Notes: generated from the sequence alone by a model not told the origin. Counted from the stretch's first letter, positions 10,801-18,338 are shown. The stretch is DNA of 55,142 nt from Chryseobacterium gleum (GCA_945871895.1 CAMBXP010000004.1:1-55142), one strand, 5' to 3'. Translations and numbers: made by a program.

Positions 10801-12368
10801 ACTGTGCTAGCATTAGCAGTTATGCCACAAGCATTGCAATCGTTAACCACAATTGTTTTCGCACAGCATGCAGGCGCGCAACCACCCAAATCGGTATTGC
10901 AAACATTAACCGTGTAAACAAAAGTACCCAATGCAGAAGGTGTTAATACCATTTGTTTTTGATTTCCACCCGATACTGCAATGCCGTCTTTATACCAACT
11001 ATAGGTCATGTTTGGGCCGTCGCCACCATCAATCATCGCTTCTAAAATTACCGATTGCCCCTTACAAATAGTATCGCTTTCGCTGTTGTTGCTGATGTGT
11101 GATGCTGGTGCATAATCTCCAATACATTGGCGGTACCCATTGTTGTAGGCAGGTAAACCATCGTTGTGAATTACCGACATCAATGGAATTTCTTTAGGTA
11201 AGCCCAAAATAATTTCGTCGATTACGGGACCAATTTGCATAAAAGGCACCGCCGCACCTCCATTCAAAGAATTGAAAACTGCTGTTACATTAGCTGTGGT
11301 AGCAGCCATGCGGGCAGGAGTCAGCTCTGAATAAAACAAATAAATCTCGGTTAAATATTGATTCACATCGGCCAAAGTGATGTTGCCATTGTAGTAGCCG
11401 TAGCTTACGTGGTTCTGACTAGCACCAGGTGTTGACGTAACAATAGGATTGTTGTACTTATAATAGGTAGATGTTGTATTTTGTTCCAACACATTCATCG
11501 TCCAACCAATCACCTCTGGGTACCGACTGGCAGTAGCAGTTAAATCCCAATTTGTAGAAGCAATAGCGGCAGCCCTTCCGGCAGGTGTATAGAGATTAAA
11601 CCCTTGTCCGCCACCAGCTGTACCACTCACATTATCTTGCACTCCGGCAGCCCAACTGTTCCATCCCGAAGCCATTAGTTTTTCGTAGGCATTAGGATCG
11701 GCAGTTGCCGTAATAATTGGCCAAATATCTATTCCCCATGCGTAATCAATTAAGTAGTGATTCAAAATATTTCTATACGCTAAGCCCAAGCACGAAGTAG
11801 AAAAGTGCCCTTTAGAAATATAATCTTGATGCTCACCCGGCTGAAATCGCCAAGGCCAAGTTTGGTTCAAATCGCCACACCATGCGTTGGCTTCTTCCAT
11901 TTGAAAACAACCATCGTGTTGGGTTAAGCCTTCGCTGCATTTTGCGTTAAATGCCGGACTCAAACTATTCCACGGTGTTCGGTTGGCGGGCCATTGTGCA
12001 CCACAATCACAGGCCATACCTGTTTCGTGTCCGGTGATCGCCATCCAATAAGAAATCTTAGGATGATCAACCCTTTGAATAATATTTCTGTTGTAATTCC
12101 AAGCATGCGCAATACCTAAAGCCCATGAAGGGCGATTGGTAGGAATGCTCAAATGCATTGGTCTTTCTTCATTTAAACCATCAACCCCAGCTTGAGGCAA
12201 ACGTATTTCACCATAAGGGGCGGCGGTTTTTATCAAACAGCTTCTATCGAAAAAAGCGTAAGAAGGATATTGCGGACAATCAAAACGGACTGGCCCCTGC
12301 GCCGCTACTTTGCTCCCCCACAGAGCCAAGAATAGCCACATTGTAATTTGTTTAAGAAAAGTACTCAT
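7869..12368 (-). CDS. Giant secreted surface protein/adhesin with T9SS type B C-terminal sorting domain
   Basis: ORF 7869..12413. Start moved to ATG 12368 (MSTFLKQITMWLFLALWGSKVAAQ signal peptide). A ~430-aa Cys/Trp-rich N-terminal domain is followed by more than 10 Ig-like repeats (Y.WSTGETT, C.G.S). C-terminal FVPNAFTPNGDGTNNQF ... FNRWGEQIF ... WDGKY. Confidence 0.85.
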   Translation of the reverse strand: MSTFLKQITMWLFLALWGSKVAAQGPVRFDCPQYPSYAFFDRSCLIKTAAPYGEIRLPQAGVDGLNEERPMHLSIPTNRPSWALGIAHAWNYNRNIIQRVDHPKISYWMAITGHETGMACDCGAQWPANRTPWNSLSPAFNAKCSEGLTQHDGCFQMEEANAWCGDLNQTWPWRFQPGEHQDYISKGHFSTSCLGLAYRNILNHYLIDYAWGIDIWPIITATADPNAYEKLMASGWNSWAAGVQDNVSGTAGGGQGFNLYTPAGRAAAIASTNWDLTATASRYPEVIGWTMNVLEQNTTSTYYKYNNPIVTSTPGASQNHVSYGYYNGNITLADVNQYLTEIYLFYSELTPARMAATTANVTAVFNSLNGGAAVPFMQIGPVIDEIILGLPKEIPLMSVIHNDGLPAYNNGYRQCIGDYAPASHISNNSESDTICKGQSVILEAMIDGGDGPNMTYSWYKDGIAVSGGNQKQMVLTPSALGTFVYTVNVCNTDLGGCAPACCAKTIVVNDCNACGITANASTVNTPCQNMHGGTINLNITGSSNYTITYESDEFGGTKTGTSSSISIANLPDGVYNITIQDNVSANCKFKLSAEVKFTTPMNEKLTASVQSMTACDAVLKTKLEQDDCECEWSVYFDTPYAAWERDVFVIITPSNGAAMRLRKDVLVNAYPRPTKATFKMCSGESIKFEVEVQPSSGSCTGVAGYNQQNAPIEVYIKDPNGVKVLNQLIPIGTAQQYQNYTAFNYVVNCPYTPGNYTYVWNPGAIAGTPANVSGLNPTTYTVVATNTANTQCTLTDTVFVPYHCLACTPPKAVMSGTKSFCVGDSTQLSVALTGTKPFKIKLSNGATKWMVSTINANTYTFYAKNAGTYKVDSVWDATCDTTGQGSAIVNVNALPTVSLGADKILCPNGSDSLKATTSFSSYLWSTNETSAGILVNTIGQYTLQATDAKGCKNKDTINVTLNPTIAITSVDSVFICPGSNITLNPMVTGGAGAFTYQWSGAGSGTADSVIASAEGWYKLTVTDSKLCSNKDSIYVKENSSLVFNLPDTSFCAKSSVLLSSPYSTGYNFLWSTGATTQSIVVTSAQRISLTVDDGNGCSGADSFQVSLKALPNITLIPTTASVCSGAAATIGFDYGVGYSYLWSTNETTAKINTSVGASYSIEVTSNTTGCSADTAVLVSVHAKPIMALGNDIDTCVGSTILLQPQSPSSSLTYLWGDNSTANSLLVQNTASYFVTVTDTFSCSAKDTIRVDFKAYPVLDLLNGQDSIRICEGETLALNATNAGSTYLWNVQATTPIIVVDNSGSYSVKVSNGNCSAYDTVYLKEVVLPKNVLSKFINGVQASRCFEDDGPINITLDTTASEYSYLWSTGETAASIEVNGGGVFKVVLSEDKCAVSDEVKIIDYCPTSFFVPNAFTPNGDGTNNQFLAVGSNVKDFEMLIFNRWGEQIFRSTDIGTGWDGKYNSHLVQEDVYVYKILYSVNNESGVLSKKERIGSIAVIY

Positions 12369-12442
12369 AGTTGTGTTTTCGCTTATTGTGAATTTACAAA
12401 CTACAACAAGCAAAAACTACGAAATACCTCAACAGATAAGGG

Positions 12443-12463
12443 ATGTCAGTGTTTTGTCAGGGG
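12443..12463 (-). promoter_or_regulatory. Candidate operator: CCCCTGAC-AAAACA-CTGACAT (direct CTGAC repeat, 11-bp register)
   Basis: Lies 74 nt upstream of ATG 12368. The same 15 fixed positions with identical spacing recur at 15946-15966, upstream of the neighbouring regulator gene. I found GTCAGGGG nowhere else in the window by eye. Confidence 0.35.
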
Positions 12464-12467
12464 AAAT

Positions 12468-12998
12468 ACTTCTTCTTTTCTAAAGAAGCAAAGACTTCAT
12501 TTTTGTCTTGAAACAAAAACGAAGCAAAAAGTTCAATGGCAAAAGATGCTGCCCCCGCTCTCTCCAAAAAATTTCAGGCTCCTTAATCCGCCTTTATTTT
12601 TTGGTTCACTGCCTTTACGCGCGCCCGCCTTTTGCCAGGGCTAACGCACAACAGTGCTTCTAGATTTGATTGCCGAATAATGATCCTTCAAAGAAGAAAA
12701 TCATCTCTTACAAACTAAAAAAAATAACTGTGTCATCACCAACACTTTTGACTCAGGCTGCAAATATTTTAGATGCTAACAGAAATTAAGGCTGCATTTT
12801 AATTATGGGCCACTATTGTGCGCTGGCCCGAGCCAAAATACGGGCGTGCGGAAAGGCAGTGAACCAAAATCATGAGCCGGATTAAGGAGGCTTAATGATT
12901 TTGGAGAGCGGGCTGGCAGTATATTTTGGCTCTTGGCTTTTTTGCTTCGTTTTTTTGCCAAGAAAAAAATGAAGTCTTTGCTTCTTTGAAAAGAAGTG
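12468..12998. repeat. Large imperfect inverted duplication (arms 12468-12656 and 12811-12998, spacer 154 bp)
   Basis: The reverse complement of arm B aligns end to end with arm A. Examples: CTTCTTTTC.AAAGAAGCAAAGACTTCATTTTT, CCTCCTTAATCCG, TTTTGGTTCACTGCCTTT, GCGCACAA.AGTG. By eye about three quarters of positions are identical. Confidence 0.8.
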
Positions 12999-13003
12999 AT
13001 GAT

Positions 13004-13050
13004 GAGATTGCTTCATCCGTCAGCTGACGGATTCTCGCAATGACGCACTG
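13004..13050. repeat. Hairpin module GAGATTGCTT-[19-nt palindrome]-TCTCGCAATGACGCACTG
   Basis: Central perfect palindrome ATCCGTCAGCTGACGGAT. The flanks are shared with both arms of the 48871-49162 element, where the central palindrome is a different sequence. Confidence 0.7.
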
Positions 13051-13077
13051 AGTGCAAGTATCATCACATTCGAAATA

Positions 13078-15849
13078 CTACAACTGCCTCAAATACTCAT
13101 TCAAAGTAATCTCCTCAGGAACATTAAACTTTTCTCTTAAGCGAGATTTACGCTTATCAAGTGCATTGATAGAAATGTTCAACAAGTTGCAAATGTCTTT
13201 GTTGCTCTTACCCATTCTAATGTAAGTACACATCAACAACATCGATTCCTTCATGTTGGGCTCCACGGCTTTTATCTTCTCTAAATAGTCGTTGTGCTCT
13301 TTGTTAAAATGCACTTGAAACTCTAACCATTTCTTCTCTTCGTCGCCTTCAGAATTGTTCATCGAATATTCCAATCCCTTAATCTCGGCGCGTAAAGCAC
13401 GAGGGTCGTCGGTTTTCTCTAACATGGCATCAAGCTTATCACCAATATGCTCAAACAGCTCCTTCTTCTGAGAATAATTCAAAGCGATGTACGATAACTC
13501 TGTTTCTTTTTCTTGCAATTCCTTTTGCAACAACTCGGCTTTATGAATGTTTTCTTGCATCAACAATTCCTTTCTTTTCTCTTCCTCCATTTCTAATTGA
13601 AGGTTAAGCAATCTCTTTTGGTAGAGCTTATAGCCAAAATAAATTAGGGCAATGAAAATCAATAAATAAATCACCTTCGCGAACGTCGTTCTATACCATG
13701 GAGGCAAAATGGTAAATGCATAGGAAGCCTCACCCAGCAAGGTGTATCTTGATAAAGCCTTTACTTTAAATACATAATCACCTTCATACAAATTGGTAAA
13801 CTCTTTTAAATGCGCTTTGTCAACCTTTTTCCACTCTCCTTCGCCATCTTCCTCTAGCATTACATACCATTGCACATCGTAAAATTTCTCCAACGGAGAA
13901 TAGGAAAACGAGAAACGCAAGTTATTAGATGAATAAGGGATTTGTAAAGAACTTAAGTCAATTAAACTATCTGAATCGATATCTTGAATTTGACGCAAGG
14001 CCACTTTACCAAAATGCGATTTAGGAATATTGTTGTTGGCTAAAATGTATCCATCTGGAGTACCCACCACAAATATATTGTTGTCGATTTCATTAATCAT
14101 TTCAGAGTTACCAATTAACTCTACCGATATGTTGTTAAGCAAATGCAAACTATCGATTACGTAAGACTTTCCAATTCTCTTTAAAATAACTGGCTGGCGA
14201 TCTTGAATGGTATATAACAATCCGTCTTTAATTTTTCTAATGCGGTTAAAAGTCAGACCCTCTAACCATTTTTCTTTCATTAAATAAGTGCCTTCTACTT
14301 TGTACAAACCTTCAGCAGAAGCAACATATATTGTGTTTTCATCTTTGATCAATTCGGTGAAATAATCTGATTTCAAATTTAGCTTCTTGCAGAAATCTTC
14401 CTTAACAGTGAACTTGGTGAATTCTTTATTAGGTATCAAACGATGGAGTCCTGTTGAACCACTTGTAATCCAAATATTGCCATTGTCGTCAAACTCAAAG
14501 GTTTTGGCCTGCTCGCTATATCCTTCAATGGTGTTGAAAAACTTCCATTGTCCGCCCACCAAGTGATACACATCTATACCAGCATAAGTACCTACCAAGA
14601 AAATATCTTTTCTGCCCGGCACTGTTTTAAACTGCCATGCGCCGCGCCAGCTGCTGGTAGAAATAATACTCGCTACTCCATTTTTAATTTGATATACATC
14701 TTTTTGATCGGCACAAAACACTGCATCTTGATGCGCAAACAAGGCCCTAACGAAAGCCTGCACTTCCCCTATTTTCGTGTACTTTTCATTATTAGAAGAT
14801 GAGTAATACAAACCTTGTGAGGTTCCCAAATAACTAAAGCCTTGAAATTGTAAAGTTGAATAGCCAGCGCCTGCTATACCTGCCGATGCATCAACATTAA
14901 AAACAGGCGACGACAAGGGAACAAGAGATATTCCATTAAGAGTAGCAAAACAAATATCACCTTGTGCATTTTGCGCTGCAGCATAAATATAATTGCTAGG
15001 TAAGGTTCCGGCATCGGCACTAAAATGATGAATTACTTCAAAGTTTTTTCCTACAACGAACGCACCAGATTGCTCGGTACAAATGATTCTTTTGCCACGA
15101 GATATTACCACATCTGAGATAATATTTTTTGCAATGGCATCAACTTGGCTTAATCGTGAAATTGAACCATTGCGGTAAAAGTATACCGCCTCTCTACCAT
15201 ACAAATAATAACCACCGTCAGTACTTTTTTCAATTCCTCTAACCTCTGTGTTCTTTAAATCTCCCTTTAACCAATCAATACCCGTTTCACTCATAAAGCC
15301 TATTCCCTTGCCCAATTCATTGAGGCAAAGTGAACCATTTACATTTTCTAAAAACAAGAACTTTTTTCCCTTCGTCGGCAAAGTAACTTCTAATGTTTTA
15401 CCATTAAAAACATACAAAGCATATTCGGCGGCGAAATAAATTTTGCCTTTATACTCGGCACAATGGTGCACCCAGCCAATACTTTTTCTTAATGAATCGG
15501 GTAAAAGATGAGTCAAAGAATGATATTGTAAAGTTCCTTTTGCATCGGCCTCGGCATAGCCTAAATCGTTGTTGGCACCGAAGTATAGTTTATGGTCGGC
15601 CGACATGCAAAATGAAATCGGACTATTACTCACGGCCATTTCTGTCTTCTTCCAACTATCGCCATCGTAGGTCAAAATACCATAAGCGTTGGCTACATAG
15701 AGCAAGCCTTGATCGTCAAAAAACGCATCGTAATTTACCTGATGCGCATTATAGTCTTTGGTGGAGTATGTCAGTATGCTCGGCGAAAAGCCAAAAACCT
15801 GTTGAACACACAAAATTATAGCTGCAAAAATATATCCTCTTCTAAGCAT
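13078..15849 (-). CDS. Membrane-bound one-component regulator: periplasmic propeller/Y_Y_Y sensor + TM + coiled coil + LuxR/GerE HTH
   Basis: ORF 13078..15912; start moved to ATG 15849 (MLRRGYIFAAIILCVQQVFG). Y_Y_Y region (LRFSFSYSPL, WYVMLEEDGEGEWKKV, FTNLYEGDYVFKVKA). TM helix VIYLLIFIALIYFGY. C-terminal HTH CTYIRMGKSNKDICNLLNISINALDKRKSRLREKF. Confidence 0.8.
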   Translation of the reverse strand: MLRRGYIFAAIILCVQQVFGFSPSILTYSTKDYNAHQVNYDAFFDDQGLLYVANAYGILTYDGDSWKKTEMAVSNSPISFCMSADHKLYFGANNDLGYAEADAKGTLQYHSLTHLLPDSLRKSIGWVHHCAEYKGKIYFAAEYALYVFNGKTLEVTLPTKGKKFLFLENVNGSLCLNELGKGIGFMSETGIDWLKGDLKNTEVRGIEKSTDGGYYLYGREAVYFYRNGSISRLSQVDAIAKNIISDVVISRGKRIICTEQSGAFVVGKNFEVIHHFSADAGTLPSNYIYAAAQNAQGDICFATLNGISLVPLSSPVFNVDASAGIAGAGYSTLQFQGFSYLGTSQGLYYSSSNNEKYTKIGEVQAFVRALFAHQDAVFCADQKDVYQIKNGVASIISTSSWRGAWQFKTVPGRKDIFLVGTYAGIDVYHLVGGQWKFFNTIEGYSEQAKTFEFDDNGNIWITSGSTGLHRLIPNKEFTKFTVKEDFCKKLNLKSDYFTELIKDENTIYVASAEGLYKVEGTYLMKEKWLEGLTFNRIRKIKDGLLYTIQDRQPVILKRIGKSYVIDSLHLLNNISVELIGNSEMINEIDNNIFVVGTPDGYILANNNIPKSHFGKVALRQIQDIDSDSLIDLSSLQIPYSSNNLRFSFSYSPLEKFYDVQWYVMLEEDGEGEWKKVDKAHLKEFTNLYEGDYVFKVKALSRYTLLGEASYAFTILPPWYRTTFAKVIYLLIFIALIYFGYKLYQKRLLNLQLEMEEEKRKELLMQENIHKAELLQKELQEKETELSYIALNYSQKKELFEHIGDKLDAMLEKTDDPRALRAEIKGLEYSMNNSEGDEEKKWLEFQVHFNKEHNDYLEKIKAVEPNMKESMLLMCTYIRMGKSNKDICNLLNISINALDKRKSRLREKFNVPEEITLNEYLRQL

Positions 15850-15945
15850 GATAGTAAAAATTACAGTAGTTAACTCCCTTCCAAGATACATCCTCAGAAA
15901 AAGATTTGCCATAACAAAACCCTTGATATCACTAAAAAAAGTAAA

Positions 15946-15966
15946 ATGTCAGGATTATGTCAGGGG
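15946..15966 (-). promoter_or_regulatory. Second copy of candidate operator: CCCCTGAC-ATAATC-CTGACAT
   Basis: Lies 96 nt upstream of ATG 15849 (33 nt upstream of the alternative ATG 15912). Both half-sites and the 6-nt spacer length match the site at 12443-12463. Confidence 0.35.
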
Positions 15967-16011
15967 GTTATACCGGTAAATGGCGGTTTTTGTTTTTAGT
16001 GAAATACAAAA

Positions 16012-16404
16012 CTACTCCCAACCTCCTCGTAACTTCTTGGTATCGCCTCTTTTCTTTTTGTCTTTAATTCTTTTTTCTTTTACCGAACGTGGTACTTTTG
16101 TTTTTTTGCGTGGTTTGGGTTTAGCAAAACATTTTTCAAGCAAAAGAAAAAACTTTTTTATGGCTAATTCTTTATTGCCCAACTGCGAACGATCGCTTTC
16201 TTCGGCAATAATTAAAATTCCTTCGTCGTTGATTTTATTGGCTGCCTTTTGTAAAATAAGGTTCTTTTGTTCATCGCTTAAAAATGCGCTCTGTTGAACA
16301 TCAAAAAGCAAATGCACCTTGGTTTCTACCTTGTTAACGTTTTGTCCGCCCTTACCGCCACTGCGCGATGTTTTAAATAATATTTCTTTAAGAAGCAATT
16401 GCAT
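16012..16404 (-). CDS. arfB: Alternative ribosome-rescue factor / peptidyl-tRNA hydrolase ArfB (YaeJ)
   Basis: 130 aa. GGQ motif (SGGKGGQNVNKVETKV) plus a Lys/Arg-rich C-terminal tail (KPKPRKKTKVPRSVKEKRIKDKKKRG). Confidence 0.9.
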   Translation of the reverse strand: MQLLLKEILFKTSRSGGKGGQNVNKVETKVHLLFDVQQSAFLSDEQKNLILQKAANKINDEGILIIAEESDRSQLGNKELAIKKFFLLLEKCFAKPKPRKKTKVPRSVKEKRIKDKKKRGDTKKLRGGWE

Positions 16405-16610
16405 GAGTGGAAGGTAGAAATAATTTGGCTAATTTACTTCAACTCATCACTATCTTGAGCAAGGCTGTCAGAATATTCGGCAACAGCATGCTAATTTCAT
16501 GATTACCCCAACAATAACCTTTTCGGCTGGGATCGAACTAGATACGTAGCAAGGGGGAATTTTAAAAAAATATTCTAAGTAAATTGGCCATTTGAACTAA
16601 GGTTTTATGC

Positions 16611-16618
16611 TATTTTTG
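16611..16618 (+). promoter_or_regulatory. Candidate Bacteroidota -7 promoter box TATTTTTG
   Basis: Matches TAnnTTTG 16 nt upstream of ATG 16635. A TTG at 16592-16594 gives a plausible -33 spacing. Confidence 0.3.
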
Positions 16619-16634
16619 ATTCAAACTCACTGAT

Positions 16635-17390
16635 ATGATCGTAGTACTTTCTCCTGCTAAAACTTTAGATTTTGACACTAAAATTCCTACTAAAAGATTC
16701 ACTGTAAACGAAAACAGTAAACTAAGCATGGAGTTGATAGAAGGCCTAAGAAAACTATCGTCAAAAAAGATATCTACGCTAATGGATTTGAGCGATAAAC
16801 TTAGCGATTTAAATGTAGAGCGTTATCAAATTTTCACCGAGGAACATCACCCAAAAAATGCCCGACCCGCTGTTTTTACCTTCGATGGAGAAGTGGCGAA
16901 CGGATTAGATGCTTATCACTTTTCCGACAAAGAATTAGAGGTGGCACAAAACAAAATTCGTTTTCTTTCTGGCTTATACGGCATGCTTAAGCCACTCGAT
17001 TTAATTCAGCCCTACCGCTTAGAAATGGGCACGAGTTGGGCACCGGGCAAACACAAAAATTTATACGCTTTTTGGGGCGACAAAATTACCGAACAACTAA
17101 ATGCAGAATTGAAAGGAGAAACCTTGATTAATATAGCATCCAACGAATATTTTAAGGTGATCAATGCTAAAAAATTAAAAAGCGAAATTATCACTTGCAC
17201 CTTTAAAGAGAAAAAAGGAAAAGAATATAAACCTGTAATGGTTTTTGCCAAAAGAGCACGTGGCATGATGGCCAATTATATTGTTAAAAACAACATCAAA
17301 AAAACAGAGGATTTAAAAAATTTCAACTCAGATAAATATGCATTTAATGAGGAATTATCTCTGAGCAACGAATGGATCTTTACACGATAA
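16635..17390 (+). CDS. yaaA: Peroxide stress protein YaaA (UPF0246/DUF328)
   Basis: N-terminus MIVVLSPAKTLDF and the YRLEMG block are characteristic of the family. The 251-aa length fits. Confidence 0.9.
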   Translation: MIVVLSPAKTLDFDTKIPTKRFTVNENSKLSMELIEGLRKLSSKKISTLMDLSDKLSDLNVERYQIFTEEHHPKNARPAVFTFDGEVANGLDAYHFSDKELEVAQNKIRFLSGLYGMLKPLDLIQPYRLEMGTSWAPGKHKNLYAFWGDKITEQLNAELKGETLINIASNEYFKVINAKKLKSEIITCTFKEKKGKEYKPVMVFAKRARGMMANYIVKNNIKKTEDLKNFNSDKYAFNEELSLSNEWIFTR

Positions 17391-17411
17391 TTTTAGTATA
17401 TTAGCCTACCA

Positions 17412-18260
17412 ATGAAAATCAAAAGTATCATACTACTTTTACTTCTATGTAGCAGCGTATTAATGGCGCAGCGCGTGGCGTGCGACAAGCTACAGCCACT
17501 TAAAATTCTAGCCGAAGAGCCCATTCCATCAATACCCAACGTACAGCAATTTTTTTGGTTTGATGTAGACACTTCCTTTTACGATATGCGTTTTGCCGTT
17601 GATTCGGCCTGCCACATAGAATACGATTTGTATGAATATGCAGCCTATTGTTCAACTAAAGATTCACTAGTACCAAAAGCAGGTATTACCACTTACGACA
17701 AGGTACTTTCTACCGAAGAAATTTTAAACGGACAGTGTTTTTGTGCCTCTTGCAGCAAAGAACACCGTATTCAATTGCCTCCTAAAAAGCGTTATGTTGT
17801 AGCCATAAAAAGTGATTGCGATAGCATATTAATCGACACCCGAATTACCGATGATATTTTGGCTTTGGCGAAAGAAAGTAAATTGAAATGGTATCAAAAA
17901 AAATACAAAAAAGGAGATAAACTGGTACTCAACAACATCTTGTTTCAAGCCAATTCTACTTCTTTGTTGAGCCGTTCTAAAACTGAGTTGGCAAGCTTAG
18001 CCTACTTGCTTAAAAATAATCCGAATATTAAAATTGAAATCGACGGGCACGTTAACGCTCCTGGCGAAAAAAATACCGATTACAACTTAAAATTATCAGA
18101 AGGTAGAGCAAAAGCTATTTACGATTACCTCATAAAAAACGGCATAGAAGCAGCACGCCTAAGCTACAAAGGATATGGCAACACGCAAATGATTTTCCCT
18201 AATGCAAAAACCGAAATGGAAATGAAGGTGAACAGAAGGGTGGAGATATTAATACTTTAA
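17412..18260 (+). CDS. OmpA-family protein (Cys-rich N-terminal domain + C-terminal OmpA peptidoglycan-binding domain)
   Basis: Signal peptide MKIKSIILLLLLCSSVLMAQ. C-terminal NILFQANSTSL ... LSEGRAKAIYDYL ... GYGNTQ ... NRRVEILI. Confidence 0.85.
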   Translation: MKIKSIILLLLLCSSVLMAQRVACDKLQPLKILAEEPIPSIPNVQQFFWFDVDTSFYDMRFAVDSACHIEYDLYEYAAYCSTKDSLVPKAGITTYDKVLSTEEILNGQCFCASCSKEHRIQLPPKKRYVVAIKSDCDSILIDTRITDDILALAKESKLKWYQKKYKKGDKLVLNNILFQANSTSLLSRSKTELASLAYLLKNNPNIKIEIDGHVNAPGEKNTDYNLKLSEGRAKAIYDYLIKNGIEAARLSYKGYGNTQMIFPNAKTEMEMKVNRRVEILIL

Positions 18261-18271
18261 AAACGTTCAAT

Positions 18272-18316
18272 GTTCAAAGTTTAATGTTCAAAGTTAGCTA
18301 ACATTAAACTTTGAAC
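18272..18316 (+). terminator. 17-bp AT-rich hairpin after the OmpA-family gene (possible terminator / repeat)
   Basis: GTTCAAAGTTTAATGTT pairs perfectly with AACATTAAACTTTGAAC (18300-18316) around an 11-nt loop. It is followed by three TTGAACC-like units rather than a clean U-run. Confidence 0.5.
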
Positions 18317-18338
18317 CTTGAACCTTGAACTAATTTTT

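Noticed and set aside
12348-12644. 98-aa ORF in the adhesin upstream region.
   Set aside because: It is a translation straight through arm A of the large inverted duplication. It overlaps the adhesin start on the opposite strand, has no start context or motif, and its composition reflects the repeat rather than a protein.
12468-12998. Interpreting the large inverted repeat as a Bacteroides-style invertible promoter (inverton) for the adhesin gene.
   Set aside because: Known invertons use short (~20-30 bp) near-identical repeats and usually have a nearby serine or tyrosine recombinase. Here the arms are ~189 bp and clearly diverged, and no recombinase gene is in the window. I kept it as a structural finding only. 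Long-read orientation heterogeneity would be needed to revive the idea.
16525-16540. tRNA-like T-loop sequence (minus strand AGTTCGATCCCAGCC) in the arfB-yaaA intergenic region, possibly a tRNA gene or an att-site remnant.
   Set aside because: The flanking bases do not form a T-stem (TCTAG versus CCAGC). No acceptor stem, anticodon arm or D-arm can be drawn. There is no integrase or direct repeat nearby.
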